The position numbers were made by a program, and so were the translations under genes. A stretch of DNA of 60,774 nucleotides from Octopus bimaculoides (taxonomy: Eukaryota), in contig NC_068993.1 in the NCBI RefSeq assembly GCF_001194135.2, forward strand, positions 26,484,781-26,545,554, in the 5' to 3' direction. The first letter of the stretch is position 1, and each line of letters starts with the position of its first letter. Positions 38,922 through 51,399 of the stretch are shown here, one piece after another. The notes under the pieces were generated by a model. It saw only the letters and a list, made by a program, of their open reading frames with translations, was not told where the DNA came from and did not search any database.

Positions 38922-39639
38922 GACAATCACCGGTCTTCGATGAAATCTTTATTATAGGCACAAGGCCTGAACACAGAGGGCATATGCACAGACATGCGGA
39001 AACAAAAAACATCTGAAAGAATGAATTACAATGAATATGAGACGGTTTTCTCGGTCCCGCTCCTAGATGAAACTGTGATTTCTTTTTTACAATTAAACGT
39101 TCTTACAGTTTTTTCTTTTTTTCTTTTTTGGCTCGTTCTTTTTNNNNNNNNNNNNNNNNNNNNNNNNNNNNNNNNNNNNNNNNNNNNNNNNNNNNNNNNN
39201 NNNNNNNNNNNNNNNNNNNNNNNNNNNNNNNNNNNNNNNNNNNNNNNNNNNNNNNNNNNNNNNNNNNNNNNNNNNNNNNNNNNNNNNNNNNNNNNNNNNN
39301 NNNNNNNNNNNNNNNNNNNNNNNNNNNNNNNNNNNNNNNNNNNNNNNNNNNNNNNNNNNNNNNNNNNNNNNNNNNNNNNNNNNNNNNNNNNNNNNNNNNN
39401 NNNNNNNNNNNNNNNNNNNNNNNNNNNNNNNNNNNNNNNNNNNNNNNNNNNNNNNNNNNNNNNNNNNNNNNNNNNNNNNNNNNNNNNNNNNNNNNNNNNN
39501 NNNNNNNNNNNNNNNNNNNNNNNNNNNNNNNNNNNNNNNNNNNNNNNNNNNNNNNGGTAGCTTTACTCTTACTACCGATTTATATTTTACAATCTTTTTC
39601 TCTATTTCTGTATTTTTGGTATACATGACCAAATGCCAC

Positions 39640-40690
39640 TTATATCTTTTCCTTTTCACTTCTGCTTGCTTCGGCTACCGTCCTGATCTGTTCGGATGTG
39701 CAGAAATATCATAACCAATATTATAAACGCTTCCTCTTTCTCCCTGTTGTAATGCTATTCTTTCCTGTGTGCCTTCTTTCACTACTGCTTCTGTTGGAGG
39801 TTTCACCCCTATTTCTCTTTTCTTCCGTCACAATCTCTTTTAGCCTTCTTTGACTGTCTGGAGGAGAATTCACCCGTTCCTTTCTCTTCCTCGTGTTTAC
39901 TATACTGTGAAAGGTTCCTCCACTCTATCTGTCTCTTTTATTGGTACTACCTCTTTGGTATTGTTTTCTTTACTTTTCTTCTCCTCTTTGTTTTCCATCT
40001 CAGGACATCTTGCTTTCATGTGCCCTTTTTTGCTGAATAGGAAGCATGTTGGTGGTCTTCCTTCTACTGTTATTCGAAGTCTGGTGTCTTCCGGGAATAT
40101 TATTTCCTCCGTTATACTATGCAAGTCTTCCAAAGATAACTGTATGGTCACTTCAAGGCCATATCCCCACCAATTGACCTTTTGGGTCCTCGTTATCTTG
40201 AGGATGTCTGCCCCATCCTTCATATCGTGTGTTATGGCTGCTACCAGCCATTCTTCCTCGATTTAGGGGGCACTCTTCCAACTCTCACTTTGGCATCGTG
40301 TTTGCCACAGTATGTCGGAAGTAGTATCCATTTCGTTGTCCGTAACGGGAGTGGAGTGGTTTATGGCATCTTCGTTGCCAAACCTTCCACAGAGCCATAC
40401 TTTCTTCCATGTGTATAGAATGTGGTCAATTTTTAAACTTTTTCGAGGCATTCCTCTATTTCTTCTGTTGGGGCGAACTCTATCTTGTTCGAGGACATAG
40501 ACAACGTTCTGTATACTACCGTCCTCTTCGCTATGCTGTTCATTAGTTCTTCTGGGGGAGTCAGCTTTAGACTGGCTCCCTCCTTTTTTACGAATTTTCT
40601 ACCTTCCTTCCACTTTCTTATGTTGTCTCACTGGGACGGAAGTTGATGAGCGGAGTAAAGGCCTCATCTCCTTTCTTCTACTAAGTATTT
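39640..40690 (-). mobile_element. L1/Tx1-like LINE ORF1 remnant with degenerate zinc knuckle
   Basis: EWLVAAIT..LEVTIQL..LRITVEGRPPTC-FL-F-SKKG-H-MKAR-C (CX2CX4HX4C with second Cys changed to Phe) followed by a K/E-rich tail; frameshifted. Confidence 0.62.
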
Positions 40691-41095
40691 TCCCATGAAT
40701 GAAAAAATCCTTGATGTACAGCACTAAGATCTGGGTCCCATTGAGTAAACCTTTCATTGGGTTCAACTTAAATTATCAGTGAACTTGTTAGCAAATGTTA
40801 TATACCATAAATACACACACACATTGGAACCGAAATATTAAAGCAAATGATCTTTGTAAAATGTAAACAAAACATGTGAAATGATTCTTCTGAGTGCCCT
40901 CTCATCCTGTTTTATATGGAAACCCCTGCAGGCATAGATAATGTGGTAGGATGTGCCAGACATGATAGTATCTAACTAACTTTTCTTTTCAATGATAATC
41001 CTGTTAATATTTATTTTAAGAAGAACCTTTCCCAAAGTCTTATGTTGGAATAAGAATACATATTTGATTGTTAACTTTGTTATATTTCCTTCATT

Positions 41096-41133
<38 letters not shown>

Positions 41134-41454
41134 NNNNNNNNNNNNNNNNNNNNNNNNNNNNNNNNNNNNNNNNNNNNNNNNNNNNNNNNNNNNNNNNNNN
41201 NNNNNNNNNNNNNNNNNNNNNNNNNNNNNNNNNNNNNNNNNNNNNNNNNNNNNNNNNNNNNNNNNNNNNNNNNNNNNNNNNNNNNNNNNNNNNNNNNNNN
41301 NNNNNNNNNNNNNNNNNNNNNNNNNNNNNNNNNNNNNNNNNNNNNNNNNNNNNNNNNNNNNNNNNNNNNNNNNNNNNNNNNNNNNNNNNNNNNNNNNNNN
41401 NNNNNNNNNNNNNNNNNNNNNNNNNNNNNNNNNNNNNNNNNNNNACATATACAT

Positions 41455-41622
41455 ATATACAACGGGCTTCTTTCAGTTTCTGTCTACCAAATCCACTCAC
41501 AAGGCTTTGGTTGGCCCAAGGCTATAGTAGAAGACATTTGCCCAAGGTGCCACGCAGTGGGACTGAACCCCCGGAACCATGTGGTTGGTAAGCAAGCTAC
41601 TTACCACAGAGCCACTCCTGCG

Positions 41623-41626
<4 letters not shown>
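41455..41626 (-). mobile_element. SINE family A, 5' half
   Basis: Reverse complement GGCGCAGGAGTGGCTCTGTGGTAAGTAGCTTGCTTACC..GGGTTCAGTCCCACTGCGTGGCACC. Confidence 0.85.
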
Positions 41627-41682
<56 letters not shown>

Positions 41683-44600
41683 TACATACATACATAAATA
41701 CATATATCTATGTATATGATGACAAAAATATAAACACACTCCCAAACTGTGTTTGTATCACAGCAATTTACTCTCACTTCACATCATCAATGACGTGTGG
41801 TGAACACGATGCTCTCTTTACTACTTCCTCTCTCTCATTGCTGTTACTTTCTCTCCCACTCTGTCAGTCATGGCTATTACTCTCACTACTTCTCCTTCAC
41901 TGAATTACCATTTTCTCTCTTCTCCCTTCACTTATTCTACTCTTTCTCTCACTCCCTCCTACTGTGTGATTTAAGACAAATATATAAAAACACTATACTC
42001 ATTATTATATTAGATATAGGTGTGTGTTTGCATAATATTCATTCTATTGCTCATATAAACATATTGCCTCATGGTTGTGATGTTTCTTTACATTCCAAAT
42101 CTTTTTTGTAAATGATTCTTGATCAGATGGGCATTTATGGCCTTGATAGCATGGCTTTTCATACTGTGGTATGTCACCTTTGAGATTAGTGCAAAGTTGC
42201 AATTATTAAAGACCTTACTTTCTAGTAATTTGTTTTGACAATCAAGTTTTCTGGTTATCTCTTGCACTTTGTTTTGTCAACTGTACCATAGAACTTTGAT
42301 AATCTATCATGAAGCCAAAGCTGCTGGTTAGTGAATTCTCTTTGTACTTAATAATATTGTCCAACAATATTTGTTTTATATTTGTTTATGTTTGTCCAAA
42401 GAAATGGAATTTATTTTGTTTTTTTTCCTTGTTAAGACCACTTTTACTCCTCTGTTGATAAATGATACTCACAGCACTGTAGAATAGAACATTCAATGTC
42501 TAATGGTTGGAATTATCAATCTGTTCTAGTTGTTCCTTAGTTATTTATTGGTCAGTCACAGATAACACTGCATTATTTTTCTTTTGTTTCATGCAGTGAT
42601 TGTTCTCTCATCTAATTATTTATTAATGTAGATGGTGAAGATTTTGCTTTTTGATGTAGCTGTGGGACACTGGCTTGTGAATAGTTGGGGTATTGTAGAT
42701 CACAACTTCTCTTCATCCCTTTCATGTTGTCAATCAAGATATCTGCCCTCCCTCTTTTAGAGATTATTTGGTTCATTTCAGAGCCCACTGGAATTCCCCC
42801 TAGTAGTTCCTTGACCTGTGATAGTTGGCCTGTCTCCTGTCTATCCAAGGTGTATGTATAGTATTCACTTCCTTTGAGTTTCAGTTAATTTTCACTGCTT
42901 AAAAAAGTTGCTCTTTCAAATTTGTTTGGACAATAACCAAATATTAAATTACACACACATTTCTCACTTCAGGGTTTCATAAAGGTAACCCTCAGAAAAG
43001 ATATATAAAATTATAAATGTACTTGTCTTTTATTGGTTTATTCCTTTAACACTCAACAGTTCAAATACCCAAGTATCCATGCACCATGTATTTTTTTCTT
43101 TTATGAGTTTTATGTTTGCTCATGTTTCATTTTTTTTTTTTTTATGCCCTTTCTATTCTAAAGTTCATTTGATATTCTAATTCTGGTGGCTTTTGTGTCA
43201 GTAAACTTTGTCAAGATTCTTTAGGGCTCTAAACCTTAAGGGTTTACTTGAATTCTTAGTTCTTGCAATAATCTTTCAGAAAGCCAAATGTTGAAGGAAA
43301 GATGACTGCTGCAAAGGTCTTGAGTAATAGTTGTGTGATAAGAGATATGTTAACATGCACATCATAGCTGACATTCTTCTTTTGTCCAAGATAACTGTAG
43401 GTTGTATTGTCAAACTATTCATTTTAAAATTTGATTACCAAGTATTTCCCTTTAGATCTATTATATTTAATTCCAATAACAATTCAATGAGTGGGTTAGG
43501 GTTCGGCAACTAAATCAGGCCTGTCTGTGGAATGGACAAACTAGGACGATAAGGAGAAACTAAATCAAGCCTGTCTAATGGAATGTATGTAAAGAAGTAT
43601 TTGCTATTAAATATTACATCTAAATTGATGGTGCCGGATTAACTTAATTAATGGGAATGAAGCAAGGATATGGAATTGTCTTGCCTGCTGCAGAAATTAC
43701 ACGTTACTTTTACTGTGAAGATAATGATTTTCATTAATTTATAATACTTTTTCTCTAATGATTCTGTCATAGGTATGTAGTCCTATTTCTCAAGTATATT
43801 CTGTTTGAACATTGCTGGATCCTGTCACTACCACATAACTAGTCATGCAAATCAAAGTAGTTATTAGATAGGAGAAATATAATACTTAATATTATCTGTG
43901 CTAAATTCTCAGCCAACTTGGCAGGGACCCAAACCGCTGAGCCAGAACTGCTTTATTTATTCTTCTGTCTACTGGGCTCAATGGATTGTTATATAAATCT
44001 CCTTCTAGTCCCTCTATCATACCTCATTACACTTGTGAGAATCTTTCAAAAACTGTCTTCTAAATCTAGATTAGCACCACCACCCCCTAACTACCCACCT
44101 GCCTTCATTTTTTGTTTCTGTTGTCTATTTCCCATGTAGTAAAGAATTGCCAAGAGATTTTTTTTTCACAATATTGTATATGGTTATGTTTGTGCATGGT
44201 GAAAATCTATTGGAAAGCAAGTAATGCTAGGTTGTTACAAAGCTTCATATATCTTTCAGTCTGTTCAACTCCAGTTGAATTAGTGGGCTAAAATCTGTCC
44301 ATGTTGTATGAAATATTCTAAACCAATCCTACTTCTGTTTATGACTTTCTAGATCTGGACATTCCATTACTTTATGAAGCATTGTTTGTGTGAAGTTTCC
44401 ACAGAACTAGGTTTCATCCAGTTAATGATCATTTTTTTTTTTATGATGATGGCTTTGCAAATTATATTTCAAAACCACTAATTAGCTTTCGGTTGTTAAT
44501 ATTTGACATGTACTCGGCTAAAATACTTTTCTATTTTGATTATTTTGTGGGAAACGGATATAGTTAAACCAACTTGATTATTGCTAGTACTCATTTTATT

Positions 44601-47600
44601 TCGCATAAAATGAGGCCAGACTGTGAGATCAGTAAAATACCTATCCCCAGTAGAAGTAGAATATGTATTTACCATCACCCATTATTTAAATGAAAATTAT
44701 GCCAAATAAGATTGAACCAATCTAATGAAGCCTAGTGTGAGAGTTAAAAGACAACATAATGTAAATGTAACTCTGTATTCTCAATGTAGTAATAAATGTT
44801 GCAGGGACAACAATTTTTCCTTTCTGCATAATTTCATTACTGTTTAGAAAATGCTGTTTGACTAGTACCAAGGAAGGGCACAGAACAGAAATTAGGTAAA
44901 AATTAGGGTCTGTATATAGATGTCAGAAGCTGGTGGTGGTGGTTTCTTTATTAACCCTTTCATTACTGTATTTCTAACCAAAATACACCCCTTATGTGTT
45001 CCAATTAAATTTAAATTAATCGTAAATTAAGACTGGTTTCATGAAATACTTTTTTTTATTTATCAACATATTAATGTGGTTTTTGAAACACAATTAATTT
45101 AACAGTTCTTAACCAAATCTATTTCATGGTTTTTGTCTCAAAGAAAATCTAATCACAGGTAAATTTTCTTTAAACATCAGCGTAGGAAATGAGTATACAA
45201 CAAAGATTTTAATAAAGAAGAATGCATATTATAGATTGCCTATTAGTTGATCTTAATGCACATAAGATAAGTGTACCATAAAAGTAAAACAGAACAAAAT
45301 ACTAGAATTTGTCTTAGAAGAAAACTAGGGAATTAAATAAATTCTCATGTATTCATACTCAGAAGCACATTTAATGATTTATAATCCAAACCAAACTTTG
45401 TCACATGTCTCAGAGTACAGGTAAATAAAAAATAAAAAACAAGGTCGATTCGAAAAATATAAATCAAATTTATTTATGTATATGTATGTATGTGTGTGTG
45501 TGTGAATCAGCGATTTTTTTTTTTCATCCATCTTCCTTTTCACTTGGACTTCCCTCTGTCCCCTGTTTCAAAAGAAGAGCTTTGCTTGAAATGTAAAATC
45601 ACCTTTCTTTCCTTCCCTGAGCAATCTGCTAATACTTTACATGTACCATGTCCTCGAGTTGTTGTTTTTGTGTGTATTCTTTGTTTTTTTTTTTTTTTTG
45701 GTGGTGGGTTACTATATGCATATATGTATGTATGTGTATATATATATGTATATGTATATATACACACAATATTCCTACAAATGCTTGGATTTCTAGCTTG
45801 GGAAGTGTGGGAAGCCGCAAAATACCTATTTTTCCTATTTGTTTACATTCTGCATAATGATTCATATCTGCAGAAATCACTTCAAAGGTAAAAGTAAGAA
45901 AAAAATATAATCTAATAGTATTGCTTCTTTGGAACAACTATGGCTAGGTCTGATATCTTCCTCAAAAATAGTTTTTAAATTCTTACTATATTCACGTACA
46001 AATCTTTTTTCAATTGCTGCCAGATCTGTTGTTGATCTTTTCTCTTTTGGAAAAAGAAATATCCAATTCACATGGGGTTTTTATGTTTGCCATATATTTC
46101 CTTAGATATTTCTATCTTCTTTAGAAAACACTTAGAATCCAAACTTACTGCTTGATGACATGAAATTGGCATCCATTTTTCATTCATAGTGAAACATTTC
46201 AGAAACTCCAAAAATTTGCAAACTCATATCGTGTGGCAAACAGTGTAATTTAGTTGTTTACATAGTGAAACCATGAGTTTCCATGAATACTTTAACAAGA
46301 TTTGCACTGAAATTCTCCATAAAATATGTATAGGTTATTTTGCCTGGTTTGGTAATATTAACCAAAATTATTTTGAGCAGTTATGACTGGGTTGATGATA
46401 TTAAAAAAAATTTGGGGGGGGAGGTCAGCTGTGGCTGGGTTAGTAATAAATGGGATAAACACCAAGGTTTGACAAAAGCATCAAGGACAGTTCAGAACAA
46501 CTTGAAAAAATAACAGAAACAAGAAAATAAAAGTTCAAACAAAATAATTTCCTTGAATGGAGACCTAAGGGCTACTCACAGAAATCTCACAAAACCACCA
46601 TCATTCAAACCATTAAGGTATTAATTGTCTTCCCCTCCACAGACAGGTACCCAGAGCATCCAGCTTTTATCAAAGTAGTGGGAGACACTACTTTGCCCTC
46701 CACTGTCTCTTTCCTTTTCAAATGAAACTTGATGGGGGCTTGGCCAAAGAGGAATGTTTGTTTTTAGCCCTTTCACTTTCATCTGCCACACAGCCTCTTT
46801 TGTCAAAATCACAGACAGACTGCCTGTCGTTCCTAGCTAAAGGAAAACTGGGTACAATCATATGATCTTCACAATGGATTCAGCTGATGGCTGGATCAGC
46901 TTCACAGTTGTCTGCAGGTATTATAACTAAGTCACCAATACTGGGGTTCTGGACAAGTATTTGCAGAAAGATTTTGTTGCTCTGCATGCATCATGGACAG
47001 CCCTGGCTGACAGCACTTCCATGCCAAAAATTGTAATCTCGAACCAGCAATACCTCCTCCCCATCCCCATAGCACATCTGTGCATCATGTCATGGCACGA
47101 CTCAACTGCCACTCATAAGGTGTTGATGGCAAATGGAGCACCTGACCAATAGAACATACCCCTTCAGAAAAAGTGGAAAAGCAGACACTTCTAGCTAGTT
47201 ACACATGAACTGAGGTAAAGCACAACAACTAGGTAGAAATGGATTATAGAGAGAAATGTAGACATTTACCATCTCTGCTCAGCCTTTCAGAGATGGCTTT
47301 CTATTGGTTCATTTATGGGTGAGACAAGCTATCCTGCTCATTGCTTTGCCCAAGTGAGTGGTGTGAATCATCTTGATGCTTCTGGTTGTATGGCAGTTAT
47401 GTGTACATATACCAACATGGGTCTTCCACATTCTTGTCCATACAGGATGCCCCTTAATGTCTCTAGTTTCTGCAATAATGGCTCAAGAGTCAATACATTC
47501 AGAGAGATAAGAGGACACATCCTTGATGGACTGAGTACATGATGCTAAATGGTTCCAATAGGTGGCCATTCACCCTTACCACTAAATAGCTGTCACTGTA

Positions 47601-48989
47601 CATTACTGTGAGGATAGTTGCCATGTATTTTTAGCCAGTATTTCATTTTAATGAATTTTAGTCTTATTTTTCTTTAGGGAAAACAGCTGCCAGGGGGCAT
47701 TATGGAGCTTGTTTCACGTACAGTTACATACTTCATTTCAGCTGACAGGTCTATGCAGTTCATCAACTTGCTAGAAGCAGCAGCCAAATTTCCCTAATTA
47801 CAGCCTACTGTCTTTTAGAAGAGACACATTGGATAATGTAATCTAGGGTACATTACCTGAAAGGTGGCTTGGTCATTGGAATAGCTTTGATCAAAACAGC
47901 AACATAAATCATTGTTGCTATATAAAAATTTTAACCATCTTTCTAAATTATTAAAATTTTTATTGAATAAAATGTATTTATCTCTTACAAGAGAACTTTT
48001 GGTATGTGTCTGTGCATGTAAATCTGTGTGGTGAGTGACGTATATTTGGTTTAGCACTGGATCTGGGGAAGATATGGTTTGATTTCACGGCTATATATTA
48101 CTGATAATTATTTATCAAACACATATAAAACTAACCTATGTAAGTTTTGGACACTAAGGGCGTCTCTCAACTTCAGTACACTCTCAAGATTGTTAAAACT
48201 CTATCCATATGACTTGGCTTTTTCTTAGCCATCAACTGTTTTATCTTTTGGCGGCTATTGACATGGGGCTCAAGTGTACTATGTCTCTAGAGCATTCATT
48301 TCATAACATTGGCATCTCATTTCAATGAGGAGCCTCTGTATAACTGCTGGAACTCACCTTTTGAAACTGGTGGTCTATTACCTTCAAATCACATTTCGGA
48401 AGAAAGGCCACCATAGATAATGTAGTCCTAGTCGTACAAAAAGATGGAATGAGTACTGCTGTAATGACTTTGGTCATAGATCTGCTTGATCAGACCTGAA
48501 ATATAAGTAAACATATTACTGCAGATGCAGAAAAAGATCAGCCTCTTATATTGACCCATTTGCATCCTAATTATCCCCTTGCTTCCCTTATTATTATAAT
48601 GAACTCTGTTCTTCCTAACTTGGTACTTATATTTTGCAACTATTCACTGAACTGATTCTTCACCCACATTATATGTGGGCCCCTTCTCCCTTGACCTCTA
48701 TATCTTTGTTCAAGAGAATGCTGCTCTGTTAGAACTTTTTCCCCCCTAAAGTTCCCATGCAAACCTTTATCACCATGTCTCATTCAGAAATTGAATTTAC
48801 TTTTTGTAAAAAACAGCATTACTACTTTAATGTTGAACTGTGATAAGTATTGTGTGTTTTATGTGTTTCTAGAGATCTCATCCATGGTAATTAATTATAA
48901 TATTATTAAAAATAACTGGGGTGGGATAGGTATTCTCTACTTTGTCTGATGCTCATTAATAATGTTTATTTTTTTCTTTTCTTTTACAG

Positions 48990-49004
48990 ATGCCAGAGAA
49001 CTAG
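48990..49004 (+). promoter_or_regulatory. 4-codon uORF (ATG CCA GAG AAC TAG) at the start of the terminal exon
   Basis: Acceptor TTTTTCTTTTCTTTTACAG ends at 48989; exon starts with ATG; TAG ends 1 nt before the main ATG. Confidence 0.5.
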
Positions 49005-49005
49005 C

Positions 49006-51399
49006 ATGGCTTCCAACGAGCGTGATCTAGTTGAACGTCTTCTCCGACAATCTATTCTCACATTATGTCGGGAAACAATTTCATATCAACACAGTTTAGA
49101 GGTTGATGGGATAGTTTGTATCACTCCAGAAAATGAAAACCAACAAATTGTCATTAAAGTTCATGAGCAAATTCAGAAGACAGGAAGTGGCTCAGAAAAT
49201 TCATTTATTAAATATGAAACACCAAAATCTTACAATAGCCATCTTGCTAAAAGTTATGATCCTCTATCCATGTCAGAGTCTTTCTGTTCAAGTTATTCAT
49301 CAAAGGACAATACACGGGAGAGTAAACTTGGTGATAATAAAGTAGACCATAAGGCAATTATTAATGGACATAACTCTATTCGTGAATCTGCTGATGTTAG
49401 CCAGAGTACTGACCACAGCTCTTCACAACAGAATACGCCAGTATTGCAAAAAGCACGCGATAAAGGAAAGATGTGTATCAGTTCCAATAATAGCTCCAGC
49501 TTTATGCAGGAAAGCCTTGATGAAAGTTTCTTAAGCTGCTCTGTAGCATCATCGAATACTTCATTAACAATGGGAAATCAAAGTAACACTTCTAGCACCC
49601 TGTGTGACTATTCTCCCAACTTAATGTTAAACATGTCTCCAAATGTCCCTGGTGCCAAGTCTTACACTGCCATTCCATGCAAACGCTGTGACATAGTTCT
49701 TCCAGATGCTCACACTTTTGAAAAACACAACCTTGCTGAGCATTCAGTTTTTACTTGTAATATTTGCTATAGGACATTCACTGCCCGTAACAACCTGAAA
49801 CGTCACATTCGACTCCATACAGGATATAAGCCCTATACATGCAATATCTGCTCCAGCAGTTTTACACGAAAAGACGACTTAAAATTCCATCTGTTAAAGC
49901 ATAATTATGATAAGCCATACCGTTGCAACCAATGTGGAAAAGGTTACATGGATCGGTCCTGTTTAGCTAATCATATGTTGAACGAACATAGCTGCAAGTT
50001 GATGCACGTTTGTCCTCAGTGTGGAGAAGGCTTCAATAATACACACATGTTCATGGAGCACAAGAAAAGTCATCCAGAACTAAAAGAATTTCAGTGTAGA
50101 TTGTGCAACTTTACTGGAATCAACTCGCTAATGTACCAAAAGCATATGCTGACCCATGGCCATAAAAAGACATACCGCTGTGATCCATGTGATCTGAGCT
50201 TTGAGGAACCGTTTAACTACACAGTCCATTTGAAGCGCCACAGAATAGATCCGTCCTTTTCTTCCTACATATGTTGTTTCTGTGACAATAAACTACCAAC
50301 TTACAAACAGTTCATCCGACATGAGCACTCACATGCGCAGAATAAAGCACATGCCTGTCAATTTTGCAACAAACAATTCCGCTACCCTTCTAATCTCCGT
50401 GAGCACATGGCGGTGCATGAGCCAAGTGCTGACACGGATGTGTCACAGCAATACTGGTGCACTGAATGTAACCAAGGTTTTGTCTCTGAAGAGCTGTTAC
50501 GTTGCCATATATTTGAAATACATGAGGTAAATACAAAGAAAGAACCTATTGACTCAAAAGCTGGATTAAGCAACTTGATCACAAATGATGTAGAATCTTC
50601 TAGCAGTGAGTCTTTTCCCAGTGGTCAGATGGAAGCTGACACTACTCATTCATCAAGTAAACCAGCAACTTTGGATAATAATGACATTGAGATGACTGAA
50701 ACACAAGAGTTTGGGGATGCTGTATCTGGCACAGATGCAGAGGAAGATTCTAATTTAGTTATTAATGAAGAAAATGATGTAAACCATGCACAATCTTCTC
50801 AAGAGCTATTTCCTCGACCACTATCCAATGGAGACATCAATATTAAGCAAGAATATCCTGATGATTATGAAGATAGCACCGGCAGCAGTGCAACTTCAGA
50901 TGTAAACCTGGCTGATTCTGTTAAAAACTCAGAAAACCAGAAAGAGTTAAGCCCTTCTTCACCAATGTCAGAGTCTAAATTGAATCGCAAGTCTTCCGGC
51001 ACTAAACCATCTTGTTTTGAACGTGTTGTGACCCCTGAAATTCCTTTCCGCAATAATGTCCCTTTCACTTGCAAAAGCTGTGGCGAAGTATACAATGACT
51101 TTGATGGCTTTGAATCCCATAGCACTGTGGTGCACCGGAGGTATGTGTGTGAGTACTGTGGAAAAATTTTCACTTCAAAACCAAACCGAGAGCGCCATGT
51201 TCGTTACCACACTGGTGAACGACCCTACAGGTGTGACCTCTGTGGACAATCATTCTTCAGAGGAGATGACCTCAAATATCATCGCACCACTCGGCATTCA
51301 GATGTCCGACCATTTAAATGTAAAATCTGTTCACTGTACTTTTCCTGGCCTAAGGATTTGAACCGTCATCTAAAGACTCACAGCATCACTGAAGTTTGA
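49006..51399 (+). CDS. Multi-C2H2 zinc-finger protein, 797 aa, 14 fingers (10+4) with an N-terminal ~57-aa unassigned domain
   Basis: Intact 816-codon ORF. A strong splice acceptor at 48988-48989 excludes the ORF-track Met; ATG 49006 is in a strong Kozak context (AGCATGG). Fingers at 49678-50523 and 51070-51381 with TGYKPY/TGERPY linkers; Ser-rich N-terminal spacer and acidic central linker. An in-frame upstream coding exon cannot be excluded. Confidence 0.92.
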   Translation: MASNERDLVERLLRQSILTLCRETISYQHSLEVDGIVCITPENENQQIVIKVHEQIQKTGSGSENSFIKYETPKSYNSHLAKSYDPLSMSESFCSSYSSKDNTRESKLGDNKVDHKAIINGHNSIRESADVSQSTDHSSSQQNTPVLQKARDKGKMCISSNNSSSFMQESLDESFLSCSVASSNTSLTMGNQSNTSSTLCDYSPNLMLNMSPNVPGAKSYTAIPCKRCDIVLPDAHTFEKHNLAEHSVFTCNICYRTFTARNNLKRHIRLHTGYKPYTCNICSSSFTRKDDLKFHLLKHNYDKPYRCNQCGKGYMDRSCLANHMLNEHSCKLMHVCPQCGEGFNNTHMFMEHKKSHPELKEFQCRLCNFTGINSLMYQKHMLTHGHKKTYRCDPCDLSFEEPFNYTVHLKRHRIDPSFSSYICCFCDNKLPTYKQFIRHEHSHAQNKAHACQFCNKQFRYPSNLREHMAVHEPSADTDVSQQYWCTECNQGFVSEELLRCHIFEIHEVNTKKEPIDSKAGLSNLITNDVESSSSESFPSGQMEADTTHSSSKPATLDNNDIEMTETQEFGDAVSGTDAEEDSNLVINEENDVNHAQSSQELFPRPLSNGDINIKQEYPDDYEDSTGSSATSDVNLADSVKNSENQKELSPSSPMSESKLNRKSSGTKPSCFERVVTPEIPFRNNVPFTCKSCGEVYNDFDGFESHSTVVHRRYVCEYCGKIFTSKPNRERHVRYHTGERPYRCDLCGQSFFRGDDLKYHRTTRHSDVRPFKCKICSLYFSWPKDLNRHLKTHSITEV

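Noticed and set aside
42782-42848. Candidate + exon (PTGIPPSSSLTCDSWPVSCLSK) and overlapping - ORF 42612-42848
   Set aside because: Splice sites are weak, there is no homology, and such candidates are common in AT-rich introns.
46620-47620. Higher-GC block with VLDKYLQ, possibly an old LINE
   Set aside because: A single short motif; family and strand cannot be assigned.
48949-49005. ORF-track N-terminus MLINNVYFFLFFYRCQRTS of the zinc-finger protein
   Set aside because: It overlaps a polypyrimidine tract and AG acceptor (48988-48989), so it is mostly intronic; ATG 49006 is the better start.
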